NCBI GenBank assembly: GCA_036172245.1
Contig: JAYWIR010000012.1
Location: forward strand, 3,968,001 to 4,032,000
Origin: Raillietiella orientalis
Lineage: Eukaryota
DNA: 64,000 bases
Reading direction: 5' to 3'
Part shown: positions 11,101 through 22,700 of the stretch, piece by piece
Layout: each line of letters starts with the position of its first letter
Position numbering within the stretch: position 1 is the first letter of the stretch
The notes under the pieces: generated by a model
Databases searched by the model: none
What the model was told of the DNA's origin: nothing
The model's input: the letters and a program-made list of their open reading frames with translations, nothing else
Program-made: the position numbers and the translations under genes

Positions 11101-11859
11101 GCTCTCGACCCTCTCCATGTGCTGCTGATCATGCAGGTTCAGGTCCTGAACGCAAAGACCTGTGTGGTACGAACCGTGTGCTTGCAGGTGACGTTGCGTT
11201 CGGAGTGACTGGTGGGTAAGCGAGTGAATGGGAAGAGGAAAAGGGCGGAGACATTCCATTCCCACTTGTTACAGCCGCTTTTCTGGTTTCTCCTTTGTTT
11301 TTGCTTTTTTTTTTGTTTTATGTACAGTCTGGCGTACAATATACAACTTTGCAGAATACACAGTCACACACTGACTTTGCGCCTAATCACCTTCACTTCC
11401 TTCCTGCTCTTTTCCTCTCTGCCTTGCCCCGACCGGCAGGTCTCTTTTCCGGCAGAGCGTCCAGAGGACAAAGTGGTAGGCGAGGGAAGCTGTCGGGAGC
11501 GTGTGTGTGGGAGGGGAGAAAGGGAAGAGAGGCCAGGGGATCCCCTTGGGCCGTCAATCGCCCCTTCCTCCCGCGCCGCCACACTGCCCAACCGCCGGCA
11601 AATCGCACTCAGGACTGAGGCGCAGAACGCCTGGAGGGACGGTGTCCGAACCACCACAGTTCCCGGACTCCGGTGTCTACCTGTCGTGTCCGCCGCTGGG
11701 GAGTCGCAAAGCTTCCTTATCTCTTCCTCCTATATACGCTGCACTAAGTCATGCTTGGTCACGTTTGGCGGGTGGACATCGGCATTCAGTGCCTTCATCT
11801 CTCTTGCTGCACCCTACGCCGGCTGCCGCAGCCATCTCACAAAGAAATTGAAGTCACGT

Positions 11860-11990
11860 GGTGCACACTGGTAACCTTAGTGCCGCCACCGCTCGATGTT
11901 GTGGAAAAATTCCGCCTTCCCCCTGGGGACTATTTCATGCCGTCCTCCTTTCAGAGGGAAATTACACAAAACGTCTTTCGTTCTCTTCGC
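11860..11990 (-). mobile_element. Degenerate non-LTR retrotransposon ORF1 (gag-like) knuckle remnant
   Basis: Minus frame ...GGRHEIVPRGKAEFFHNIERWRH*GYQC resembles CxxCxxWGHxxxxC. Confidence 0.3.
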
Positions 11991-14469
11991 CGCCTGCTCC
12001 CAGCTGGTACATGACCTTGGATGAATCACTGCATCCCCGCAGCCGGAAGGGTCTCCATCAACCGCTCTTACGCCTGGAAGAAGCGAGCGCGACTCGCTTT
12101 TTCCGCGACCCCAAGAAGCACCGGGAAGTGTGCAGCGTCTCTTCGAGGAAGCGCGAAAGCCTGGTTTGGCATCAGGTGGGGGAGCTGCTCGTCTTCCCCT
12201 CCGACCGCGCTCCGCCGGCGGTTCGGGAAGCCGTGCCAAGGCGCTCCGATCACCGAAATCCGGCGGCAATCCATTCGCTTGATTATCGCCGGAAGGCATC
12301 CGTCGATGCTTCCATCAGGGAAGCCACCCGTTGGAGCGGACGGACCGCCGATAAGATATATGAGGGCCCGCCTCCCTCCAGGGGCCGCGAGCGGTTTCGT
12401 AGTTGCGATGAAAACTCGCCCGCGCATCCAGCCACGGGTTGCCATGGAGCCCGCGCACGCACGGCGAGCGATTCCGCGCGGTCCCTCCTAATCTCCGACC
12501 TGAGGATTCCATTCGACGAAGCAAGGGGTGAGGAATGAGACGGGAGGAGAATTCGCGAAGCGAAGACGTTGGAAGACGACCCGCGAGGACGCGCGCCAGC
12601 GTCACTTCCGGGTTATCTTTCGATCGTTCCTCTTCCAGAGCGCCTCGCATCGAGCGAGCGTTTGCTCTGTCCAAAACGAAATCACGCCGTTGATTCTGGC
12701 AATGCTGAAATTCCGGATCTGCTTCCTCCAAGCGCCAGCGCAGCAGGTCAGAGCTGGAATCCGAAGAGATTTTTCCTTCCCGAGAGTGGATTTAGAGCGA
12801 TCTTCCCTGTGCGAAAAACCAACGGAATGTACTCAAAGCGAACTGTACAGATTGTAAATTAAACACAGCGTGAGATTTACGTCTGTTAAGAGAAACCAGC
12901 GTAACGCAGTGGAACAGCCTGAAGAGTGTGAAGCAAACCCTGAGGCTCCGGAAACTGGTAGAGAAAGACGCACGATGTCAGGTGTGGCCACACCCAGAAA
13001 GGTGGTGAAGAGAAACCGTCATGTGAGCAAGAAATAAAGGGGTACCAAGCATGAAAAGTACAGACAAGCGGGGCAGGAACTGGAGCTGTTAACAGAAGTG
13101 TCGGCAAGCCAGCAACTTTCGCATAAAGATGCTGGTTTTGTCAACCCCAGCAGGTGTAGTTTGACAACCGGTAATGACGAGGAGTTTACTACAAAAATAA
13201 TAAACGTACATGTGTAGGGCCATCGGCCCTACAACGTCCGAAAATGTTCGGAACCACCTGCTTCGCCTCGGCAGTGGGAGGGGGAGAGGGGGCAAACAGA
13301 AATAAAAATAAATCGAAAAATCTATATACAAAAAAAATGGGAGGGTTAGGGAAAGGATCAATGTATGCTAAAGGGAGTCCCTTGCGTCCTTTCCAGGATG
13401 CCGGCAAGTTCCATCCGAGTACGCCTCAGGTAGGACCATCTGGCTGCCGTCCGCAGGAAGCGCCGGGCGAAGCAGGTGGCGTCCCCATCATGCCGTCCTC
13501 CTCTCGAGTGGCTATAGGCCGCCACAATCCCGCGTAGGCAGCAGCAAGGAGCTACTGGGGATGCGGCAGACCCCAGTGCAACAGCAGGAGTGCCGAGTCC
13601 CGCCAATTCTGGGGGAAGGTCCGGTTGTTCTTCAGCTCTGGGGGGCCACTCGAGGTCTTCCTATAGGATTCCCAGCAGCTCATCCTAGTGCAATAGTCCT
13701 TTCGGTGGTGCACTTGGAGTCGCAGCGTCTAGCTAGCCACCTAGTTCCCTGGTCTTCTGACTGACTTCGCAACTGACCTCCTATTTGGCCGGCTGGTTAC
13801 CGCCCAGGTGCTCCCTGAGGGGGGGCAATGCCGCAGCTAGCAGGTTCGGTCGGGATGAACCGCGCGTTCTCGGAGAGAGTTATGTGTACGGTTTTTACTT
13901 CGCGATTCTGTCACCAAAGTACAAGCTGAAGAACTGTACGAGCTGTCAGTCTGTTGGGTTTGGTAGGAGCGGCAGTCCCCGCCGAAGAGACGTGGGGAGC
14001 TGCATGGAGTCGAAAGGCTTGAACCGGAAAAGAGGGATCTGTGAGATCACAGCTGTGAAGCATGAGCAAAAGATGCAGACAGAGTCCAAGATACGAAAGC
14101 GGCGAGACAGATCAGGCTGAGAGAGAGGGATGGATAGATGGTGGAGGCAGCGGGAGAAGAACGAGAAGCAGCGCTCCATGCCCCCAAACGCCCCTTGGGG
14201 ATGTGTCCTCCGCACGAAACGTCTCCATAGGAAAAATCAGGGTTCCCTGCTATTCCATTCCCTGCTTTCCGCATCCTCCCCCCCCCCTTCGCCAGCCTCG
14301 TGCCTCTTCCCTTTCGCTTATGCGATCCTCATGCTTCTCTGCAGAAGCAGCTGCAAAAAACGGTTGTCGAAGAACAGACGGGATACGAAGATTCTCCTCG
14401 TCCGGAGCTGCGACGGTGGCAGAGGTGCCATTCCTCTCTCATCTGCCGCGGGAGAGGAGGGTCCGCGTG

Positions 14470-14530
14470 GGGGAGCGGTGGCCACGTGGCACCGAGCTTC
14501 GCGAGTTCGAATCTCGTCCGGGGAAGCATC
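14470..14530 (+). repeat. tRNA-derived (SINE head-like) fragment
   Basis: A-box-like TGGCCACGTGG (14479) and a T-arm GCGAG-TTCGAAT-CTCGT with B-box GTTCGAATC (14505-14513). A related sequence GGCTTCGCGAGTTTGAATCC lies at ~28064. Too short between the boxes to be a tRNA gene. Confidence 0.3.
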
Positions 14531-14886
14531 GACGCCAGAGAAATGGCAGCGTGTTTCATGCCTCCAGCGGGATGACTCTGGTTGGCCGATTCGGGTGCGG
14601 CACGGGTTGACACCCAATCACTCCAGGGCGTTTATTTATAAAATTAACATCCACGTTCTGTGCCAGGACGTTTGATCCTGCCACGTTACGTATGAATACG
14701 AAAAGGAACCTGCAGGGGGTTGGCACGCAGGCCGGTGGGGTTCGCCTTGGCAGCAGAGGGGGAGGAAGGACAAACAAAAAGAAAAAAAAATAAAGCAAAA
14801 AAAATACAGTCAAAAAAATGGTGGGTTCGGGAAGGGATCACCTGGATGATGTCCTCTGCACCCTTGTGAGAATGCTGGCAAGTTCC

Positions 14887-14913
14887 TGTTTCAAGACTCC
14901 CAAATGGGGTCAT
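14887..14913 (+). mobile_element. Degenerate ORF1 CCHC knuckle remnant
   Basis: CFKTPKWGH resembles CFKCxKWGH. Confidence 0.3.
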
Positions 14914-15099
14914 CTTGACGATGTCCTCATGAATAGGACAGCAAAATTTATGGCGTCTCTATCGCTCTGGCGTCCTCTGAAGTTGCTCCATGCAGCCACG
15001 AGCCCGCCGCGTGGACAGCAAAGTGCTGCTGGAAATTAGGCCGCGTGAGGACGTACCCTCTGGAAACCCTTTGCCACGGCCCTGTAGGGACCCCTCGCC

Positions 15100-15725
15100 C
15101 CGGCAACACTAGTGGAAGCTGGAAACCCCGAGCATGACTCCACTGACTCGCCTGGGTGGGAAGCTGATCTCTGGGGTCCTTCCAGGGATCATGGGGCCGG
15201 TTCACTTCGGAATCCTCTTCCCCCCGGTTGAGAAAATGGAGCTGTTACCACGGAGCTGGTCGGTACCCACCTCGTGGGTTGGATCCAGAGTGCAAGAAGC
15301 GCGCGGCTTCCTTCAGGGAGCGCCTTCCAGAGAAATCGGGAAGCGTCCCCTTGGGGTTCTTTTCAGAGGAGCAGGAAACATGGAGCGGGTTGCGTCTCCT
15401 TTGCGGGTTCTCTCCAGAGAGAACAAGGGGTTCCTTTCGGGGTTCCCTCTTTCCAGTTTATTTTAGCTTTTCTCTGCTCCTGCTCACTGCGGTTGTTGCA
15501 CCCCTACATGGGTAGAGTCTGTCCGTAGAGAACAGGGAAGAGCTTCCCTTCGGAGTTCCCTCCCAAGCGTAAGAGAGGGACGGACGCCTTCCTCCGGAGC
15601 CTTCCCGGATTCATAGGGTGGTTTTTCAGTGTCAATCCCTAACTTGAAGAGTTGACATGCACCCTTGGCTGTCGTGGACAGCGTTGAAGAGCTCTGTGAG
15701 CTGCTAGGAGAACAGTCCTTGAGTA
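15100..15725 (+). repeat. Dispersed GC-rich repeat family, copy 1 (ORF1-derived)
   Basis: Shares CCAGAGTGCAAGA...CCAGAGAAATCRGGAAGCG...GGGGTTCTYTTCAGAGG with 28.3 kb, 54.8 kb (partly) and 60.9 kb. Shares TTCATAGGGTGG...CTAACTTGAAGAGTTGACATGC...GTGGACAG with 32.7 kb and, less exactly, 60.7 kb. Confidence 0.85.
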
Positions 15726-16119
15726 CCTGCCGAAGAACAGGAAGAAGGGAAGGGGCTGTTTGTTTTCGCCGTAGGGGGGCGTTCCCTGGAACGGGTGGGT
15801 GGGTTTATGCTAGGAGGGTACCTCGCGTATTCAGCAGCCTCCCTTCCAAGGGTACAGGGTGCGGGTGGGAGGGAACGATAAGCAGGAGAGTTTAGTGGGC
15901 TGGGATCAGCGTTTCACGAAAAAGTAGGCCGGTTCCATTTGCTGGAGAAGAGAAGGAGGAGGGGGGAGGGAGGAACGCAGTGCTTCTCAGGAGCTGGAGC
16001 GGCTCTGGGACGTCGCTTCTGGTCCTCTGCCCCAGTCTAGAAAAGCGACAGGGGAGGGGAGGTCATCATCGGCAGAGTCCTCCCCCTTCGCCCCACCTTC
16101 CTTTGGGTGGAGAGACCTG

Positions 16120-16365
16120 CTCGGTGTACCGCAACCCTATCCCTCCTCTCTACCCACCCGAAGAAGAACTCGTGGTGCCTCCTCTGCGTGAGGACACCTC
16201 GGTGTTTCCATTGTGGTGGGAACCACGGGATGTTCTGCTGTTTCTGCACCGCGGATTCCGATGCACCCATCGCCGACACCTGGTTTCCCGAGGGAGAAGC
16301 ATCTCTGAACTGTTTCGTGTGCAGAGCGATCATCTCGTTCGCGCACCCCTTGTTGGATGCTGCAG
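16120..16365 (+). mobile_element. Degenerate LINE ORF1 zinc-knuckle cluster
   Basis: PRCFHCGGNHGMFCC (CX2CX3HX4C, 16203-16241), followed by NCFVC..(frameshift)..SDH; typical second and third knuckles of I/Jockey/R1-type ORF1. Confidence 0.55.
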
Positions 16366-18879
16366 AGCCCACGAGGGCACGTGGCGGCGACTCGCTCCGG
16401 TGGTCCTCCACCCGGAGGGCACCGCTGTGGACCTGCCGCGGCGCATCCTCACTCAAGGCGGTCCAACGGCAGGCGCCTTCATTGCAACGAGATGCTGCAC
16501 CTGCACCATCTTCGCAGCCCGCTCCATCGTGAATTTCCGTTCGTAGCGAAGAGAGGCCGTCCGCATGGCATCCGCCTTGATGGGGACGCCTGCAAGATGG
16601 CCTCACCTTCAGCAAGAAGAAGTCTCCAGGGAGCCGCTTCTAGGAAGGAAGGAACGAACGACTAGAATAAAAGACCCCTGTCCCCTCCCCCTGAACTTCC
16701 TTTGCCTTCAGTTGAGAACCAGCGTGTTCCTGACTGGTCCATTTTTATTAAATGAATGCCTCCGGGGCGTGGACCGGACGGAAACTTCCTTAGGAGCCGG
16801 TCTGCGTGCCGATTGTCATCTCCAATGAACTACTTTCTTTCTCTTCGTCTTCTGGAGTCTCTTGTATCCAACGCACGCTGTTCATCTAACCGTTGGCATA
16901 TTCTTCCAACGGACGTTGCCGCATGACCAGGACGAATCCCCTCCGGGTTTCCCGGCGACTGCGTGCAGGGAGGTTTCCCCGTTCCCGCAGCATCTTCAGG
17001 GCCAGAATGCTTCCTTGTTTCCCGTATCCCAGAAGTTGCCCGCGGGGAAGGCCGCTGAGCGGAAGGCAGGAACGAGTAACCCAAGGCGGCGCAGGGCAGG
17101 GAGAGGGCCTCCTTGGAGGAGGAAGCGAGGCGTTGCCGTGCGGCACCGCGGGAGCGTCGGCGCGGTTTCAGCACGCTCACGCGTTTCCCCTGACGCAAAC
17201 TTCGCCAGGAAAATGAGGAATGGGGGAGGAGGGAAGGAACTGCGCCCCCTGACCTACTGGTCGCTATGGAGGGATGCTGAAGGATGTTTCTTCCGCGGGG
17301 CGTAGTCGAATTCCCCCACCCCCTTCCCCATCCCGCCATCCGGCGCGTGCCCTGAAGGCAAGGAGGATCCACGCTTCTGCTGCCTCGGAGGGGCCCAGAG
17401 GGGCGTCGACGGCAGCTCTTCCCGTCCCAGGGGCAGAGAACCACCTTTGCTTCGCCTCACCCACCGCCTCCTCACTTGTCTGCCTCTCCATTTCCCTGGG
17501 TGATCCACTTGAGATCGGTCGTGCAGGAGCGCAGGTACCACGCGATTGGCAACATCCTCCCCCTCCTTCCTGGGGCGGCAGGCCAACGGTATCGGGAGCT
17601 CCCCGGTGCAGGCACCAGGTCGTCGGGGTCACTCCGTACAGTTCACCCGCAGGGGAACCTCCAGCTGCTGCTCCTTGCCGTTCGGCGAACCGAGTTCCGG
17701 GATATGGGAGGGAGGGCCCCGCAAGGGGCCCCCAGAATGGACGCCGGCTGGAAGGGAGGAAGGAACTCTCAACCCCCTTCCTCCCGATGCAGACCCGAAC
17801 CCGCCACTCTGGACCCTCGAGGTCTGGTGAGCTGACCGATCCGCCTCAGGTGAACTTCTCGGATCCGCGGTTCCTCGAGTCTGCTTCAGAAGTGGAAGCG
17901 GGAAAGGAGGGAAAGGAGAAGGGACGGACGCCGGTCCGTGAGCAGCGTGCCGACAAGGCGCTCGACCGGTGCTGTCATTGGCCCTTGCAGGCGGCGTTTC
18001 CTTGGCAGCGGCAAGGCGAAAAGAATACGAGCATGGAGCATTCCCGAACCCGGGAAGTTCCCCTGAGGCGGAGGACGTCCTTCTCGGTCCTTCCCTCGTA
18101 GAAATCGGTGGGATGGTCGGGGCGGTGGTCGCGTCCAGTCCAGTGCTGCCGGCTCCGTCGCACCCAGAGTGGCTGCTCCCGCTTCCTTCCTCATCCCACC
18201 CGGGATCAACTTCAGGAAACGAAGGCGAGTCCTCAGCAGGACCTGGAGGCTCCTCCACTCGTGATTGCTAGGGGAAGTCGGGAGCATCCCGGTCTCCATG
18301 CAGCGGAGGAGGCGCGCCTGAAAGGAGAATGGGGAGGGATGGGGGAAGAGATCTGTGCTCCGAGGACGCCTCATCCGGAGGATCAGTCTTCGCGGGGATA
18401 GGACAGGCGGTTGGCTACAGTGGAGACGGAAAGCTTTCCAGGAAGCACGTGGGGCACATTAAAAAAAAAGAAAATGGCTTTTCGGCCTTCCTTTGGAGAG
18501 GGTATGGGGAACACCGAGTGGATCACCGCCCACGATGAGGGAATTCTTAAGAAGCACACGAGAACGATACGGAGATGGCGACAGGCAGGGGGAGGACGCG
18601 GAGGATAGGAATTACCTCCACCCACCACCACCACCCTTACCCCCTTTTTTGATTTTTTTCTTGAACTGAATGCACTGAGCAAGATGTGACCCCTTTTTTC
18701 TGGCCCTGCTGGTGAGGATGCCGTAAGGCCAACGCAGGTGAAACGCAGGTGGAGGGACTCATGTCCGGTCACGCCGGGGGCATTCATCTCCATAGGAAAA
18801 AAAAAAGCGGCAGGACATGACGTCGGGCTGAGTGGAAGAATTTCGTAGGGGGTGCCGATGAGGTCCGTAAAAGCAACGG

Positions 18880-19105
18880 AGGGAGATGGGGAAGGGGGCA
18901 AGAATGCAGAGGGAAGGTCGAAGGGAAGGAGCGAGGGAAGGGATGAAGGGAAGAGGAAAATGGGGAAGGAAGTTCGGAGGAAAGGAGGGAGTTGGAGAGA
19001 GAGAATGGGGAGGGAAGTTCGGTGAGAAGAGAAGAGAGGGACAGAATAGAGAGGAGAGAGGGGAATGAGGATTGTTCATGTGCTTGGGAGGGGTAGGATA
19101 GGGAT
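18880..19105 (+). repeat. Polypurine (GA-rich) low-complexity tract
   Basis: About 200 bp almost entirely G/A with many GGG runs; a similar tract lies at ~5960-6090. Confidence 0.85.
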
Positions 19106-22100
19106 CAGTAGGGATAACCCTCTGCCGTTCCGTCGGGTCCCCTGTGCCCTTCGCGGGACGGCCTTCTTCCGACGGGGTCCCTGATATGTCCGTCTCGTCG
19201 CGATCCGCTGGAAGGGGGTCCGCGTGTGGGCGTCTCTATTGTCCTGCAGCCGCTCCCGGCCCCGAAGTTGCAGCAGTACTTCTTCAGGGCGGCAGCAGAG
19301 CGCTGCGGTGGCGGCTGTGGGTGGCGTGACGCTGCGCGCAAGGGGCTCTCCTCGGCGGCAACTGGGGATGTCCGCTGGGATAGGGAGAGTCTTGGAGGTA
19401 AGTCCTTACAGTGCCCTCTCAGGGACAACAGCGACAGGGCGCGGGAGAGATCCCTCAGCCCCGCACCTGGTGCAGTTTGGGGAGACGCCCCCCTTCGTCC
19501 GGTAGTTTTCTTTTTGGAGGAATTGGGAAAGGATGGGAAGAAGCGTCCCGAGTCCATTGCAGCCCCCCCTCCTCATCCCCAGCAGCAGCACCGCTCTCCC
19601 CACGGGAGAGAAACGGCGGCTGCCAATCGCCGGGATGGGTGACGTCGTAACGAGGGCGGCGCGCTGACGCGGCGACACCCGGACGTCCCGCCCTCTCAGG
19701 CTGCTCCCCTCTTCTCGTCGGAGAGCAATTCTGCGCCCCTCCTCAGGTGGCCGCACGAGGAGTCCCTGCTGTTGGCCCAGTCGCGGCTTCCCGTGCAACC
19801 AGCGGCACCACCACCGGGAGAGGCACCGTCCTTCGTCTGGCGATGGCGCCACTGAGTCACCTGCGGAGATCGAGGCGGAAATTTCCATGCGCAGACGCAA
19901 CCGGCCTGCGGTGACCTTCACGGGGTGCGGAAACGCCTCGCGACCGCTCCGTTTCGTCCCGAAAGCATCCCAGAGGAGCCTCCTCGCCTGCTCCTCCGAC
20001 CGCGCCAGGTTGCGCCAGGAGGATCGTGTCACACGCGGGCTGCAGGGGACGTGGCGGAAGTGAACGGAAATCCTCGTTCCTTCCCCCTTTTCATGTGTTC
20101 GTCTACTGCTCCCCCTCCATTCACATCTCCCTGTCCTGCGCAGCTGGGCAAAAGGGAAGGGAGGCGGGCGTCTCACGGGAGTCCCCAATGCAACATCAGC
20201 AGCGCCGAACGCTTCTACCCCTTTCTCTGGGGTCAGCTCCGGTGCGTCACGAGGAACGCCGGAGTGCGTAGTCCTGCAGGACGTCCTCGAGGGAGGGATC
20301 GTCGGTCATCGACATGCGGTTCTGCCTCCGAGGGGTTTCCCGAGGCCGAGATTACCCTCCCATCTCGCCGGCAGGCTGGTGGGAGCCACGAAAACGGAGG
20401 TGCGGGAGTAGCGACAGCCGGGCACGCATTGTGCCCCACCCAGCGCCTTTCCTGCTCTTCCTGTCTCTGTGGAATCGCAGGAGGCGGCCGGGTGCATTGG
20501 GCGCTCCCCAGGTGACCCCCATCCCCCGTTCCCACCGCCCCTCTACCGCCGAGCGTTGGCGTTCGTGGGGCGACGGGGATGCGCAGCCGAGGAGCACGGG
20601 TAAAACTCCTTGGCGCCTTTCGCCTTGGCGCCTAGAGGGTTGTGTTGCGAGGGCGCCACCCAGGACGCGGGTTGATTTCAGAGGTCTCGAGGCATCGCTT
20701 TCGCTCCCCTTCCCTTTCCATCTCGAGGTCACCGTTCTGACTGCCACGGGCGACCCCGGACGATGTCCGGCGGAATCTCGCGCAACGTGTTGAAACCCCT
20801 GCATCCCCCATCATTCCCCTCTATCCAGCCTCTTGCTCTCCCTTAGAAAAGCTGACCGCAGCGCGAGTTCGGTGGCGTGACCTCCTCCCGAGGATCTGCG
20901 ACTCGTGCGGATCGACGGCTCCGGTGGCCAGGTCACTCGCATGGGCTTCCGGAGCCAAGCGGGGTCTTCAGGATCTCCTCCTGAATTTAGAGAGGGCAGC
21001 GGCGAATACCCCCGCTCCTGCGCGGCTCACCGAAGGGGGAAGGGGGGGCTGGGGTTCCCGACGAGTCTCCCTTTAGAGCATGCGACCATCCAAAGCGGCC
21101 CTCGGGATGACCTCCGCTGCGGCGCTTGGTCGCTCTACCTCCGCTCGGAAAAGTCAACACCTTTCCCTTGGACGGAGGGGTATGGACCTGTTGAGGTTCC
21201 CGAGGACTCCGACTATTCGCTAGCGCGACCTCCGGCTTCCAGCGGAGGCGGCGAAATCCCCCTCTCCTCTCCTTGGATGACTCCCTCGCGGCGCCCGTTC
21301 GGGAATCCCGTTTGGGAAAGGAACGAAGTTTCCCGGCTGGAAGAGGCGGACTAGGTCCCGGCCCGCTCCAGAAAGGATCCCCGCATTCGTAGGATCCAGC
21401 ACGAGGAAGCGCTGGTCAAGAAAGAACCGTGGCTGGCTTCTTTCCCTCAGGGCATTTCCTCCTTGAAGGCCGACGCTCTCACTCGCGCCGCTCACGAGGT
21501 GCGACGTGAATCTCCAGGACGCGCGCGCCGCCGCTCGACGAGTCGGCAACCAAACCACACTTGCGGAAGACAGGTGGCGACCGGATGAGAGCCTGAAGCA
21601 GGATGGAGGGACCTCGGTGGCAATCCAGGAGCGCATTGAAGCCAGACGTAGAGTTCCAGGGAGTGGGAAGGCTACCTTTCCTCTGACCACCCAGGAGCGC
21701 CGAAGAGCGTTCGCCGTGAGAGCCCTGGAACTGAGGGGGGATCGGGCAAACGGCAGTTCCCCGAGGAGAGGGGAGAGCGCCGGAGAGGGAGCGGCTGAGC
21801 TGGGGCGCCCAGTCCTTCCGGGACTTCAACGTTGTGGCCGCACCCGCCCGGGCAGCGAGGAGAGATCTCACCCGGGCGCTCGAAGGGGGGAGGAGAAGTT
21901 GCGAACGCTGCCGGCAGTTAGCAGGGCAGGCCGCGTGCACGGAACATCGCCCGTGCTGGGAGCGTCCTCAGCGAGCTGGAGGAGGGCAGCAGACGGGAAG
22001 AGACAATGAAAGCAGGGATTTTTCCTTTGTGCCGTTCACTTGCATCCGTCTCCCCCTTCCTTCCCCTTCCCCTCCATCCTGTCCCATCTCGTCCGCTATC

Positions 22101-22589
22101 CTATCGGAATGCGTGGGGAAAACCTCGAGCCGCAGGCATACCCACCCGAAGGGCTTCGCAAGATTGGCGGGTGCGGGCGGTGCCGGGGGGAGGAGGAGAG
22201 AAGGGGTCCTTGGCGACGGAATCTGGGGCAGCAAGCGGAGTCGGCGGTGCCGAAGGTGCTCGTCGGTTCCGTCAGGACGACGCGGGAGGCGCTGCTGCAG
22301 AAGGAAGAGAGAAGGGGGCAGCGTCTTCTGGAAGGAAGGAAATCGCGTTCAAATCCCCGCCGCGGTGCGGCAAGTCGGGTAAGGGCGGCAGGGGGTGAGC
22401 GTCCTCCGGAGGGGTTCCTCGAAGTAGGAAACGCCTGCCCGTCCCTGCCCAGTCCCTTTTCGTCTACTCTAGCACTCCTGAGGAGGGAACCCTTCCCTAT
22501 TGGCGCGTTTCGAGGGGAGGGTTTCCCACGCTCCCGAGCGCTGCCGGTTGCAGAAGGCAGATGGTCAGAGGCGGCGCTGCTCCCATCGG

Positions 22590-22700
22590 ACTCCATGCGT
22601 CCAACCTGCAGTCCAGCTGGACATCGCTGCTCGGGAAAGATCACAGTATTTCCAGGGTCCAATCCACGCTGCAGGACTCCCCACGGCGATGGTTCGTGCT
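22590..22700 (+). mobile_element. Degenerate ORF1 knuckle remnant
   Basis: RPTCSPAGHRCSGKITVFPGSNPRCRTPHGD resembles Cxx(C)xxxGH...PRCxxCxGxH. Confidence 0.3.

Noticed and set aside
13640..13840. RIP-like CAG-to-TAG signature (four in-frame TAGs and a local CTAG cluster)
   Set aside because: Too few events, and no ancestral sequence to polarise the changes.
14470..14530. Functional tRNA gene
   Set aside because: Only the T-arm and an A-box-like motif are present; no anticodon arm or acceptor stem.
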